In this document: one piece after another, positions 38,204 through 52,700 of the stretch
Numbering within the stretch: the first letter of the stretch is position 1
Layout: each line of letters starts with the position of its first letter
Source of the DNA: Ramazzottius varieornatus
Lineage: Eukaryota > Animalia > Tardigrada
Assembly (NCBI GenBank): GCA_001949185.1
Contig: BDGG01000002.1
Location: 6,314,448-6,378,447, forward strand
DNA length: 64,000 nt
Direction of reading: 5' to 3'
Translations under genes and position numbers: made by a program
Notes under the pieces: model-generated
What the model was told of the DNA's origin: nothing
The model's database searches: none
The model's input: the letters and a program-made list of their open reading frames with translations, nothing else

Positions 38204-40952
38204 TTATTCCGCGTAGTGACCGTACAGGTTGTTCATGTCTGGCATAGTGCTCGGATCGACGTACATCTGTCGGTAGTATTCGGCATTGTCTTCGGTGTGC
38301 AGTGGATGCGCCGCTACAGCAGCTGGGGAATGAGTGTCAGATCCAGACGATAGCTGACTGGGTCCAGTCCATAACGAAGGTTGCTGAGGCCACACAGGGT
38401 AGTTTCGGCTAGACGCTGCAGGAAAGGCTGAGGAGCTGGCTACAGCACCGTACAAGGATGATGTCGAGAGATTCGGGTAAGGCGAGATTGTCTGAGTGGT
38501 TTGAGCATATGAGCCCTCGACGGGGTCGTAGGGTCTTTGAGAAGTAGACCAGGAGGCGGACTGGACAGGGTAGGCCGACTGGTCGACCTGGTAGCTTGAG
38601 CTGGGTCCATAGGTTCCTCCGGTAGTGTTCCGGGTCGATCCTGCAGTCGCATCACACAACCGTTCAACAAATTCCACGCACTTGGACAGATCAAAGTGGC
38701 GCACGGTTTCATTGTTACTGGTAGTAAGTGTGCGCCACTCGGAAGAGCGATCTGGGTTCAGTTCATCTACCCACGTCCCATACAAATCAATTCTCATTTA
38801 TATGTAATAGGTATCATTCTTTTATTTTGTCATATCTCATTACCTGAAAGACCGCAGGCTGAAGTGTAACTTCCGGTATGGCTGCTTGAGCTTCTCAATG
38901 TGGACCCGCTGGGCGCTTGTTGATGTCCCAGACCGCCGTAAGTGTTGCTTGACTTTCCGCGTGAGTTACCGTTGAGAGACGAGGTCGGCACATCATTCAG
39001 GGTGGAGCCGTAAGCAGCAGAGGAATGTTCAGGCATAATCATGCTCGAGTGCTGGATTGTTGGTCCGATGGAGCTACTGCCGTGAGCGGCGAGACCCTCC
39101 TGTCGTTGAACTTCCCTGAAAAAAAACGCAGAACAGTATCAGTATCGCACTGAACAGAAAGAACACCGTCGTCGGATACTTTAAGAGCGAGTGCGTCGCG
39201 ACGACAAATTCCAGTTCTTCTGAGCATGGGTTCAGGAAAGCGTAGAGGACACTTCGCACAATCTCGAAGTCTCCGTTCTTCATACGGAACCTTGCAACTT
39301 GCGACGCGGGGCTCCCTTTCGATTTCAGGGCTGCAAAAAAAACACTATAGTGGTCCATTGTGGCATCGGAAGTCTTCTGCCTGCATATTCATACCTAGAT
39401 CGAAGCAGTCAGTCATGACTTTGTGGTCTTCCGGATGGACCATCTCTAATAGAGCTTTGCCAAGGAACTCTGTTGGAGTATACTGCAGTATGGGGGTGAT
39501 TCTAAAAACCGACAACGGTCAGTAAGCCCAAGAACCTTCGATATACTTTTTTTACCGTTGATCGACGAAGATGGAGGTTCCATCTGCAGAATGGCGCGTC
39601 ACAAACTCAAAAGGCACTGCTTCGTCCAAATCGCTCGTGTTAGGAATACTGGTCATCTGCAGACGCCCGATAGCCACCAAGACCCAGTTTCCGGGTTGTC
39701 CGGCTGCCGACGAGGTGCTGGGCTCGTCGCCTTCCATAAGGCTCTCTCTGGCTTTCTGCTGCGAGCTACCAGGCTGGGTCCAGCTCTTGACATAGCCCGA
39801 GCAGTGAACGACCACGTATTGTTGTCCATCAGAAGACGGACCCAGTGATGCGCGGTGACGCATGCGAAGAAGTTGTCGATGGCCCATAAACATTGGGTCA
39901 GGTGGCGCATTTCCAACGCGCATACGGCAGATGAAAGCTCGTCTTGAGCCCATCGAACCTCGCATAGCCGACTAAAGAAACAGGCTTTCAAGTCAGTCAA
40001 TCCACGATACACCACAATCAAAGTTTTACACCCGCTGAATTTACTCCAGCCTCTTTTCATCGGAATTTATGGCGCCACTTAAGAAATTACCTGGTGGGTT
40101 TCTTTCTTTACAGTGCCGGTCTTCAAGTCCAAGATCCGGCCGGAAGTAGCCGAGTCTTGGCCTTGCAGTTGTTCGCGGACCTTCTCGATGTCATCGGGAT
40201 GGACCAAGTCGTAGAAGGATTGGTGGGTCCACTCTGCATGGGCTTGATTCAGCACAGCGGTAGCTGAGTCCGACAGATACAGAATACGCGCAGGTGCATC
40301 GCATGCCACAATGAAGAGGAATCCATCGGCGGCTTCCAGAATCAAATGCTTAAGCTCTTGATCAGTGAGGAACTGCGGCTTGAAGGCTCCTTCCGAACTC
40401 GTATTCCCCGTACCTGAAACACACAAGCGAGATGAGACCGCGAACCAAGAGCCCAACCGGAAATGATCATAGTGTCACAATCATCCATACGAGTACCTCG
40501 AAGTGTTTTCATGTGAGCTACGGCCATCCTTAGAATAGTCAGTTTGTCGGGTTTTCTGGCCAGGGCGCTGCAGGTGGGCACCATATCCGACAGTTCCGTG
40601 ATGTAAGCCGTCATCTTGTTCCGTCGGCGTCGCTCAATTTCAGAATGGTTCTCGCGAGCATAGCGTTCCCTGTCTTGAGTACTCTCCACTTCCTCCATCT
40701 TGCCTCCTGCTCCGCCACCCTGATAGGTTTCCACACCGTACCTGAAACAAGAAAGCAAAAAGCTAAATTACGGAGGCAGATTATGCATCCACAACAATTC
40801 CGTAAACCCTCAGATCTTCTGACGGACCCATCAGCAACGAAACCGTCGCGTATCAAACTGGGATAGCCCGACGATGAATAGCCCATGTTGGTTGAACTGA
40901 TGTTAGCGGTATAAGAATCAACGGCAGGATCGACCACAGACTGCCAATCCAT
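38204..40952 (-). CDS. ARNT: Aryl hydrocarbon receptor nuclear translocator (bHLH-PAS, tango)
   Basis: Exons about 40952-40827, 40741-40497, 40413-40091, 39971-39556, 39501-39395, 39330-39180, 39115-38844, last exon to 38204. b[55 protein letters not shown]; [24 protein letters not shown]; [21 protein letters not shown]. Confidence 0.96.
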
Positions 40953-43162
40953 ACTTTAATACAACCAGGAATATTAATACTGTGTGATATCGATTAGCCG
41001 TCGTCGTCCTCGTCGACAGTTGCGCTTCCCTAATCGCAATCGACTGTTGTGCTTCAAAGTCACATCAATGCAAATTATCAAAGCGTTTTTTCTCCTCAAG
41101 ACTCAAATAACAGTCTCCAAGCCACTTCAATGCGGTTAGCTGACATGACAAAATGTCAGCAGACTATGCTGATCTGCCCGAGAACCAGAAAGATCTTTGC
41201 GGGAAAACTTCAGCAGGGAAATGAAGCGACTGATTGCCCAATGATGACTATAAAGAAGATTATGGGATGAAAGGCGCATTGAGACCTTTCTTCACACTGA
41301 TGAGTGGGTTCGTTGGCTTGCCACTGTATAATGCCAAAATTTGATGCATCCGGCACAGTAAGTGCACATGTGGGATATTTTCACCGGGTGGTTTGAGGGA
41401 CAAACCCTCACGGCCCACGGGGATGATTTACGCATACTGTGGCGTACGTGCCGGATGCAGCGACTTTTCACAGTACTGATATTCTTGCCGTTTCCGGTGG
41501 GTCAAATTGACAATCGGGCCCACAATCCACAAATCGATAAGGCGGTACAAACGTATCGAAATGATGGCTTCCTAGGGAGCTACAAGACAGGTATATGCAG
41601 GCATTCCCCCGGGCAGCAGATCGCTCTCCATCGATCGCTCATCATCGAACCACGGCCCGACGTAAGCCTCTTCCTGTCGCCTTTCGCCTCTTCATCCCTG
41701 TCGCGCTTGCTTAAATAATACATCGGATATGATATCGATATACTGTAGACGGTGTCAAGAAGGACGGCGCAGGGTCGCCCCAAAACGGCTATGCGCACCT
41801 CTCATCGCTCTCATCGCAAATCTTTCTCATTTGTCAAATATCGATCGCGAGCCCCGTTTCTACCGCTCTCCGGTGAAGATTCATCTGGTGGCAAGAAACG
41901 GACTAACGGAGTATGCGACCTGTCGTTCCCCACAATTCTTCAATCTCCCGTGTATCATTGTGATGGCTTCCTCCATCTTCTGGAGCTGCGTCCAACTATG
42001 GCGCCAACCGGGTTAGCTTTCCAATTATAGGAGAGACTGAAAGGCTGAGATAGGTGCACAAGGATGCGGTAAATACAGTACGGAGAGGTATCAGAGATCC
42101 AATTGATTACGATGTCGGATCCGCCTGTAATTAGGGAGGTCCTTTCCTAATTAAATTATAGGTCCCCGAAGCCATATGAACCTCGTACAGCAGTTCTCCT
42201 CCGTTCCTCAGATACGTACGTACCGTACTAAGTTAATCCTTGCAGCGTGAAAGAGTTTCTAGCGCATTCACAGAGCAGACTGGCATCCGCCGGAAGTTGT
42301 AGGTGGGACGCATCGTTCTGTGGATGTTGCGAATACACCTGCGATACATTCATACATGGCTCCATCTGTGCTGACACGTATCCACATTATTTTATGTTAC
42401 AACTGCTCATAGTCGGAAGCTGCTAAATATCTGCAAATAACAATCATTCTCAAAGAAGTCCAGCCCAAGTCACAATGCAAGGGAAGCTTCCTCGTACAGT
42501 ATGGTGCTTATCGACAATTACTCACTGCTATGTGAATTGGCTGGCAATCAAAAACCCGGGTCGGAATATTGTAGCAACTTGAATTTTGCCCGAACTCTTC
42601 GTTTTGATGACAAGACCAGAGCGAGTAATACCGTCTGTCGCCACAATGGCTCATCCGCATGCTGGCAGGTCAAATCATTCATACACACGATCGTATAAGC
42701 ATCATTCAACCTCAAACATGGGTCAACGTCTTGCTGCCCAATCCGCACTCTTCGCTTATATAGACCTTACCTCAGCTTCCTGGCATCAAAAACTCCAACA
42801 TCCTCCGATCGTTTCCAGCACGATAAGCAGAGGTTATCTTCCCAGCTTCTTGGGAAAGATGAGGTGAAGAACAATTGGTCGTGACGGAATGGACAACAAG
42901 TCTATATTGGCACTATTTCAAGCATTGCCATCAGCAATTGACTCTAACATCCACAGGCGTTTGCAACTACTGCTTCAGTATCCTGCTGAATCCTTCGGAA
43001 AGTGATAACTCCATGCGATTCGGGAGATAAGTTCAAGGTTGATTTCCAATATAAGTTGTCGAATTCGGCTGTTGATATGTGGCTACAGTATCCGAAGGTT
43101 GAAACTCGAGTGATCTCGCGAGTCTGATCCGTCACTTCACGAGCATGCTCGCTATGAGGACA

Positions 43163-43180
43163 CTGCTGCTGCTGCTGCTG
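43163..43180. repeat. (CTG)6 microsatellite
   Basis: ctgctgctgctgctgctg seen directly. Confidence 0.9.
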
Positions 43181-44103
43181 GCAGACTGCAGTGTATAGAT
43201 GTCTGACGCAGACAAGAGCGGATCCTTTGAAGCGTGAAGCCAGCCAGCAAAGAGAACAGGCTTGCAAGGATGCACCGGTAGAGTGGCTTGTATCGGCCTG
43301 CTAAGTTATCCCCGCCACAGTGCTGTTTGTCAAGCCGTTCCATGGTCGCTATCGGTACATCCTTTTCAGCCTCAAAGAGAATGGACAGTCTGGCGCGTAC
43401 ACATGTGACGTAGACAGGCCACAGCCCACAAACAAAGCAACCACACCCATTCAGTTTCACCGCCATATCGCCCCGGCAGCGCCTGACGTCAGGAGATGCT
43501 CTGTCTGCCTCGGCGCGATCCATCTGATAATGTTGGAAACCGCATGACGTAGTGCGGGAATGTGATCAAAACGGTGGTTCCTCGCACCACATGTTTTGAT
43601 TGCGAGTATGTAAAGTCAAGATTTTTAATGAGGAAAACATCCCCCGTGTTTATATCTTTGTCGTTAGTATTGCATGAACCTTCATGCGTTAAATATCATA
43701 TTCCACGAACGAATAATGCCTGTATGATACCATGGGAATGTTCCGCGCTTTATCGGGGAATCTGCCACTTGCGCCTCGAACTATCTTACTCCGAAGACGG
43801 TGACGATCTACTACTTGTCAGAAATCTGTAATATAACTACAAGGAGATAATCGATAGGTTGGTGGAAAATGAATCTTTTATTCGAGAGGTCTTGAATCGA
43901 CTTCACCTGACGCCAGACGGAAACACTGCCAGCTCAAGTAAGTGCGCGTATTGAATGGGGCAGTTTATTTATGGCAATTAACCATTCTGATCAGTTATCA
44001 CTCATCGCCTGTGGTGAGTTGATTGATGATGGGGTAATCGTTGTTGATTGAATCCTCAACTTCATTGTGGAACTTTCCAACATAATCCTATTTTGATTTC
44101 CAG

Positions 44104-47100
44104 ATGAACGAAACGGACCATCTTCCTCCCGAAGAGCCCATCTTCACATTCACACCCATACAAGCAGGGAGAGCCGACACGGATCTTATTCCCTTAACCG
44201 GAGAATCCAAGTCCCTGACGCCGTCTCCGACAATGCGGGTAACAGCCATATGGATGACAGCGGTGAAATCGCTGCGATCTGTTGCTGCCAATAATCTGGA
44301 CTACATTCGGATTACAACTTCGGCCGAAGATCGTGTCAGCAATCGTTTCTACCACTGCTTCAACCACTTGCTGGAAGATGTGGAAGTGATGCAGCCGATC
44401 ATCGAGAAGCTGAACGAGAACGCTTACAAGTTTGACTTTGAGAGAGTTCCAGCTAACGGATTCCGAAGTCTGCTTTCCGTGACGGATACCTGTATGTGTC
44501 GCCTCGTTCAAACTTCCCGAGTGATCGAATCGCGGAGAGATGCATTGTTCGCCCGGAGAAATGTGCTTCTGAGAGATCTGGAAGAATATACCAAAGTTTT
44601 AGGTGAGCTCGAACGATTGCCTGACCGAATCGATTATCGTGACGTTGGCAGGCCGCGGTGCCCAGAAATAGTCAGAATGCCAGGGTGGTGTGTGTGTTTC
44701 GTTGGACATGTATTTGTCCCATTGACCGGCCAATTTCAAGTGGCAACTTTTGTATTGGCGCGTGTTATACCCTGTCTCATACCATTTTATCTGCAGGTTC
44801 TTTACGAATCATGTTGGTCTACGCTGACCACCTGATGGACCAAGCGGAAAAAACAGGCTCAGTATTCCCCAAAGAAGGCAGTAAGCTCATTGAAGAATGG
44901 TTCCAAGAAGTGGAGACGCTCAACCAAGAAGTTTTCTACGGACGAAGCCTAGGCTTTCAGTTTGCCAGTTCAGTTAACCGGACGTTGCAGACTATCGCTT
45001 TAGCGATGGCCGTTTGTGCAGAAACCTACCGTTCTTGGGAGAAGTGGAAGCCCGGATCTGCCAGAATAGCTAACACTCTTCCCAACTTGTTCACCACCAC
45101 GAGACTGATCATGAGGTCCGATGTGCGAGCCAAAGAAATAGTCCACACGACCAGGAACGCAGATATCAACTTCTGTAAACAGTTTTGGAGCTTGACGGAA
45201 GCTAGCTATCTTCAAGTATGACTGTGGTAAATTCCCGATTAGCTCGAATTACAGTGTTCTCCGTGTACCAAAACGTTCTGCTGGGCAACTCGGTCTTGTT
45301 GCAGTCTGTCAATAACTGGATTCTGCCTGGTGTTCTCCAGAACCAGGTGATAGTTCTCTCAATAGGTGAAGGTTGTCCATTTGACTGCTAATACTCTCGT
45401 TCGTAGGTGATAGAATTGCCTCCTGAGATGCTGGAGGTATCTGATGTGAATGGCAGACGCACCGTACTGAAGCCACCTGACCATAATAAACCGATCTACA
45501 CGAGGTTCATCAGCGACATTCCGGTATGTGGAGCAGTGACGTTACGAAAGACTGTAACATAATGTTGTTTTCCGGCAGATTTCCGGTGATCTTAACAAGC
45601 CTAATCTGAGTCCGTACCTTCTGTTCCATTGTCATGGAGGAGGATTCATCGCACAGAGCTCAAAGAGCCACGAGGTCTATCTCAACAAGTGGGCGAAGGA
45701 CCTGAAGATCCCGATCTTATCTGTGGACTACGCACTGGCTCCCGAGCATCCGTATCCAAAGGGGCTCGATGAAGTCGTCTACGGTAAGATCGCCTTCCGC
45801 TTCCTCTAATCGTGAGATGTAATGTTGAGTTTAAGTGTGTTTCAGCATATGCATGGGCCCTGGAAAACCACGAGAAACTAGGTAATTAAAGTGCCTAATA
45901 TCACAGCGAGTATGTCTATTACGATTCCGCAACGCCTTCGCTGGCGCTTCAACTGCCAATAAATGTTCATTGGGTAGTCTGAATGTTGCTTAGGTTGGAC
46001 CGGTGAAAAGGTTTGCTTGGTCGGTGATTCAGCAGGAGCTAACCTGGTAGTGGGAGCTGCCTTGAAGATCAGTTGCAAGAATCTGAAACCGCCGACTGGC
46101 ATTGTGGCTTGCTACGGTAAAACTATTGTGTTTGGTTATTATCAGGTTATTATCTAGGTCTAAACGAAGAACCAGCGCTTCAAACGGTTTTCATGTCGTA
46201 GGAGCTTACCTTGTGCAGTATACGCCCTCGCCCAGTCGACTTCTGTGTCTCATGGACCCTATTCTTCCTATGGGCATCTTGACACGATGCCTCGCAGGTT
46301 GGTAACTACCCCCGTCACAGTTCATTATTAAGCGGTGCTTAATAATGACTGCTCTGGTTCACCAAGCGCTTTGCAGTTTTGGTTCTTTAAGTCATCTGGA
46401 CATCATTCCCCTTTTTTTCGTACAGCGTACGCGGGAGTTGCGGAACCTACGAGTGTTGGTCAAGTTCAGGGCGCTGATGACAGAGTATCCGAGACGAACA
46501 CCCACCGAAATGCTTCCGCGCACGATTTCGATGCCCTGAACCGTACAGATCCGGCGGACGATTCTAGCAAGCATGTAGAACCGCATCTGGATGACCACCG
46601 CCCAGACGTCGTCAGTGACCTTTCGCATCATCCTTTAAGGGTTAATCGCGTACCGAAAAACAGTCGTTGGTTCAGCAAAGGTGTCATGGGCCTTTTCAAG
46701 AAGAAGAAAGAAATATTTGCAGTAAGATTATAGTTTGACCGATCGTACTCGACTGTGCATAACTTTTTCTCCGCCTTTAGGAAGACCACAACGTGGCTCC
46801 CCAAGGTCTTCACGAAGCCACAACCGCCAAAGAGAATGCAGATCGGGGAGACGAAACCAGGGTGGAGCCTTTGCCTCGGTTTAACTTTGCGTCAGTTTCC
46901 GTGGAAGACCCTTTTCTTTCTCCGCTGCTGGCCGAGGACCATATTTTGGAAGGACTGCCACCGATACATTTGATGGTATGGAACAGTGCAGCGGTGTGTA
47001 AGGTTGATGTCGCATTCGCTCGGCTAACGATTGATGGCTCTTTGCAGGCTTGCCATCTTGATCCACTCCTGGATGATTCCATAAGTGAGATAATCTGTTT

Positions 47101-47340
47101 TGGGAGGGCCAAATGAGTGTAGCGCTTGCACTCGTCTTATGTGAAACCTTGCTTGCTTCAGGTTTCGCTCGTCGACTTGCGCAGCTCAAGAAGCCGGTGC
47201 AGTTGGAGGTGTTCAACAAGCTCCCTCATGGTTTCCTCAACTTTTCGGTATTCAGTCCGGAAGCTGCCGAGGCCACAGAGATTACTGCGCAACGTATCGC
47301 CCAAGTTTTAGAGATGACACCAAAACCACCCTTGGTCTAG
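44104..47340 (+). CDS. LIPE: Hormone-sensitive lipase
   Basis: About 12 exons. HSL N-terminal domain ([29 protein letters not shown]), oxyanion [16 protein letters not shown] (45633-45644), nucleophile GDSAG (46023-46037), [24 protein letters not shown] (Asp) and LPHGFLNF (His). Confidence 0.95.
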
Positions 47341-48281
47341 CTGAAAGATGCGGCTTTCTAGGAACCACACATTTCGAGAACCGATGAATCCACTTCCTCC
47401 TGTGATCTGAGCGTAGACGCTCAGAAAATGAAACCAATGTTCTGGTTTTATACTGCTATGTGGATTTCATGTTTTTTTTTATCCTTTTTCGTCGATCTGA
47501 TTGATCGGCTATTCCAGTTTTATTTGCTCAGTTAGAAATATGCCATGAAAAAAATGAATATTAATCGAAGAACAGAAAGGAAATGGTCAGGTAGAATTGA
47601 ACCACAGTATGCTAACGCAACTATTAACAAGTAGGCGTAACTGCTGATTTCAATTTTCAAGTCAGCCTCAAAACCCGGGGTGAGGTCCGAAATACTCATA
47701 CTCATACCGCTGATACATATTGCACCACGAAGTCGAACAACATGAAACCATCCAGTCTTCCGAAAAGAATTCTGTCGTACGAGTCAGGGATATAACTATC
47801 GTCTACCCATTTACCACATCCAACGTCCAAACAGTCATATCCACAGAGTTGGTTCTGCGATGTACCTTTACCAATGCCTCGATCGAGAAAGCATCGGGGG
47901 GCATTTTCGTCGGATCTGACTTCCGGGTACCTGAAAGAATCTCTTCTCGGCACTTGACGATAAGTTCGATAACTCCGTACTGATCCGCACGGACCATCTA
48001 ATCGGGAAGTTTTAGGGTCAATGAATCAGCCATTAGGTCGGTATAGAAGACTTCAACGCAGAAACTTGCCAGAAAGCCCTGTCGTGACGTCATGCCGTAT
48101 TCAAGTATCAGGCATCAAGTTGCACGCTCGATTGATTTGACCACGTGCATTTGACTTGATTGAAATGAGCACTATGGTTGCTGTTTAATTGTTGTGAGCT
48201 GTTCGAAGTCTGTGTTCTCCTGTACTCGTAGTCATCGTTCGTCCGCATCTGATTCTTTGTAGGCAGTGTGAAGGCTGAGAG

Positions 48282-49206
48282 ATGAGTCTAGCGCTGAGCC
48301 GTTTGGCAGAGGAAAGGAAAGCCTGGCGGAAGGTTCGTATGTACAAGTATACTGCTTGGACGATGAGATGCTGGAGTAGTAACGTTAACGATTCAACGAA
48401 CGATCTGAGAACGATTTCATCGTCTCTGCCTTCTGTGAGCAAAAAGCTTTGGAAAACGACTAGAGCCGGAAGCAAAATGCTGCCATACGCAACTGCATTT
48501 CGAAGCATACCATGGGCAGAGCAGCCTGGACGTCTTTAAAACCGTTCGGCCAGTACAGCACGCTAACATTGTTGTATGTTGTGGTTTCAGGATCATCCAT
48601 TTGGTTTCGTCGCGAAACCCACCGAGAATACGGATGGCTCACTTAACATGTGGATATGGGAATGCATAATCCCGGGACCGAAGGACACGATATGGGAACC
48701 CGGACAGTACCGTCTCAAGATGATGTTCCGGGAAGATTACCCAGCCACTGCCCCCAAATGCAGGTGCGTACCTTTGTTATATACGGTGCAACTAAGCTGT
48801 TAATGTCGGTGATGTGTTTCCGGCGTGTGGTTCATGAATGATGAAGAAAAGAGTGCGCAACAGTTCGTAACAGAAAAGACACTCTTGAGAAGTGTCGTGA
48901 TCGTGTATAACGGAATACTTTGGTTGGTAGTTTTTCTGTGTTGTTAGGTTCGATCCACCGCTGTTTCACCCGAATATTTACCCATCAGGCACGGTATGTC
49001 TGTCTATTCTGGACGACGATAAAGACTGGCGACCAAGTCTGACCATCAAAGAGCTGCTGCTCGGAATCCAGGATCTACTTATACATCCTAATGAACGCGA
49101 TCCCGCGCAGGCCGATGCTTATAACATCTACGTGCGAAGCAAGGATGAGTACGAAAGACGCGTTCGGGAACAGACCAAAAAGTTCTCAGCTGCCGCTTCG
49201 AAGTAG
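48282..49206 (+). CDS. UBE2I: SUMO-conjugating enzyme UBC9 (lesswright/UBE2I), divergent
   Basis: Exons 48282-48332, 48591-48763, 48948-49206. Translation [27 protein letters not shown]...WECIIPG...[29 protein letters not shown]...DPAQADAY. Confidence 0.95.
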
Positions 49207-49739
49207 TTTTGAACTTCGAGCCAAGCAAGAAACGCAGGCGACCATCCTGAGTTTGTGGTTGGTTATTCGCAGGCTTTTGGTTTTCGCGAAGTTTCGAGCT
49301 TGTTGTTTTGTTACACTGTATTGCCCATGCAGTTTCCCATATTTCTTACCTCTACTCCTTCGCTCCCAGTCCCGTTATGTGCTTGCAACGGCATGTCGAC
49401 AATCTGTTTTTAATTTGTTGTGTATTCCACTCTTGACGTTGTTGCTTTACAGCGCATCCAATATTTTTATTTTATGATTCTTCAGTCTGTTTTTTTGATG
49501 AAATATGGATACCTAACGTGGTAGGTGAATTGTGAGTAGCATTTTCTGATGTTGCTTTACTCATTTATATAATATTTTTCTACTAGCAAGTATATATTCA
49601 GATATTAGTGGCGAAATCTATAGAGCTAATATCTGTGAGGCACTAATATTGCTGCGATGAATATCAGGATTTTGGGGTGGGTACAAAATAATCTGGCACC
49701 AGTTCAGGTGATAAAGTCAGCCCTAAACATTCCGACAAA

Positions 49740-52700
49740 TTACAGCTCGCCAGCTAGAAAATCATCTTTAGGATGAAAGGCATGAAGTATAGTTTGATTA
49801 TTGGTAAGGTGATGGGAGAGATGACGGCGTCGTTCGCTGCGGTACTGTTGCAGCCTGTAGCAGTGGAACGTGGACTTCTCTCGTTTCTTGATGTCGATTT
49901 CGTGTGGTACTATCCATTTGTGCTCCAAGCATTCGTCAACGGACAGTCGGTTACTGTAATGAAATTTATCATCTCAAATGTTCCACTCCGAGAAAACGTC
50001 TAGAACACAATCGAAATGATTCTTACTCAGGAAGAACTTTGAGCGTTTGCATGATCAAACGCGTCACTTCGACGGAGAGCCCGCGGTAGAGTTCCGAAGT
50101 CAGGTAGCGAACGTAGCATACGTTGTTGTACGATTCCTCGTCGTCTTCTCCAACGAAAGGATGTCGACCGCTTAATCTGTAAGAAAAGAAAGAATTTAGA
50201 GAGGGTGCTGGGAAGATACTCAGACCATGTCTTGATTTCGATTTGGGGTGTTTTACTTACAATATGAAAACAAGGACACCGATATTCCAGATATCAGCGC
50301 TGACTGTGGCAAGCTTTTCGGTCAAAATTTCCGGAGCTGTAAATAAAAGAATAAATTTAGGAATATTAGCAAATGAGCGCTGAGAATGTTTTTCATATTA
50401 AGAACTTACGTGTATATTCTATGGGGACTGTGGGCAGTTTGATCATAGCGCCACCTTCAGGCATCTTTCTCGCGGCGCCAAAATCGACGAGCTGGATGAG
50501 CAACCTTCGTCTGCTCTTGCTGACAACGTTCTCGGGCTGTAGGTTCAAATGAGCAATGCCCAAGTAGTGCAAATACTGTAGTCCATCCAATACTTGACGA
50601 ATGATCTGGGAAACATCCTCTTCTGAATACACCTGCTTTTCGCACAGGTACGTCATGATGTCGTATCCCTCGAGTAGGTCTTCGATGAGGACCAGGACAT
50701 CGTTGTTGTAGGTGAAAGCCACGTGAAGTTCGACGATGCACTCGTTCTTCAGACCACCCAGTATTTCGTATTCGTTGCGAGCGTCAGGCGAATGCAGATC
50801 GATGATCTTGGCCGCGAAGGTTCGCTGGGCTTTCCGGTCGAAGCACTTCCGTATTATGGAAAACTGACCACTGTAAACATAGATACATGAGTGATGAGTC
50901 GTATTCCTGGCAGACTAACTACTTCTGCTCCAGTTAGCTTACTGGTATATCTGCTCGTAGAATTCAAATTGTTGTTCGGGATCGGTACCCTCATGTAGCG
51001 TTGCGGGATATTTCTCCATTAAGCTGATGAGTCGGGATGGTTTCGATGGCTGCGGAGCAGCTGCTCGTTCTCGCCATTTCAGGTCCGAATGAGCATTGGG
51101 TTCGTCGACCATTCGAGGCTCTTCTCCTGGAACGCAAAAGAAATATTCAACCGGGTGTGAGATGTAACAAGCTAAGGAGGTTCAACTCTACCTGTCATCA
51201 ATGTTCTGTATTCGTTCGAGGAGAAGCTGTAAGCGCTCCATCCAAACTGGTTTCGGCAAGAAACACGGAAACGGTAATGTGAGTTCGGGGTGAGGTTTTG
51301 CACTACAATGTTCTCGTGCAGTAGATCTGCTGACACTGTCCGCCATGCGAGATCATCTCGAGTTCGATATTCCAACCTACGAATAAAGTTTCCATTTCAC
51401 TTTTGTTCAGAGCGAGAAAACCTCAATGGTTTGACCGTGCCTGTAAGCCAGAATGTCGGAGTTGCCATCGAACTCCGGAGGTTGCCAACTTAGCGTCATT
51501 TCGGTGCTGCTGAGGTACTCCAAGACTGGCCATGATGGATGGTCAGGAACCATTCCGAGCTGAAGAGTGGCATGACAGATGGCTTCGCCCAGTCTGTTAC
51601 GGGCGACACATTTGTATTCTCCAGCGTCAACGCCGGTTGCTGGACTCAAAGTCAACAGTGCATTTCCGTCTTCGTTGATGAGTGTACGAATATGAGCACC
51701 ATTTTCCAAGAGTATGTCGTGATGGTACCAGTGGACTGTAGGTTGAGGGAACCCAATGACCACCACCCGAAGTGTGACAGGCTTGCCTTCAGCGAACGCG
51801 GTATCTTTCAGTTTCTCCCTGAAAAAGGGAGCGAACTCTTCCGTCTGTTCAGCAAGAATACGTCGTCGCTTTCTTCGGGCAGCCAGCTGTGCAGCTTGGC
51901 CAAAGCCTTCTTCGTCCATGACTTCCATCATGCGCCGTCGTTCTTTAACGGCTGGTTTCAAGCCCCACTGTTTATTGTGGGCCTTCACGCGGAAGCTGGC
52001 GTTGCCAGATGGATCGGTGGCCATACGCCGATATTCACGAATACGAGCTGGGAGGTCGGGGTCGCGAAGTTGGAGCAGCTCGGTCTCTGGACCCACTTGA
52101 TAGTGAGAGTCGCTTTGACCGAAGAAGGAGAAGTGGTAGTCTCGGAAGTCCTCGGAGAGCTCCGAACCGCGTCGACTACGATCGCGATCTTGGGATCCAC
52201 TCCGCGGACCCGGGCTACCCCGTCGTATGTGCTGACCGTCCAGGTCGAGGTTGTCGCTGATGTCAGGTGGATACAAAAGGCCTTGTGGATGCTGTAGAGC
52301 CATGTAGAGTGGTCGACGTCGAGCGTATTTGACCACACCAGTCTGCCCCAACTGCAAAGATATAAATCTCGTTATTTACAAAGACCAGAAACGAACAAAA
52401 AAATGTATTGTTATGCATGTCATCATCTTTTTACACGTTTTCTGTTTTTGAGTTACGCATATCCTTTGTACGAAGTCCTCGACACCGACCTACTACTACG
52501 GGCAACAATGCTGAGATCTGCCAATTTACTACGATATTTCACTGGAAATACCTTTTGTCTCCGTTTGGCCCAGTAGTCTTCCAGTGGACGGCTATCGATT
52601 TCGTAGTTGGTTGTTGAGCCGAACCAAGGATGTTTCAACGCTTCTGCGGCTGTCAGTCGGCGAGTTGGATCCTTCTTGAGAAGAGACTGGATGAAGTCCT

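Noticed and set aside
43154-43198. MRTLLLLLLADCSV signal-peptide-like micro-ORF over the CTG repeat
   Set aside because: Explained by the microsatellite; no in-phase splice to the lipase could be supported.
47702-47997. Short - strand ORFs between LIPE and UBC9
   Set aside because: Some splice-like sites, but no coherent protein or motif; could be divergent non-coding transcription.
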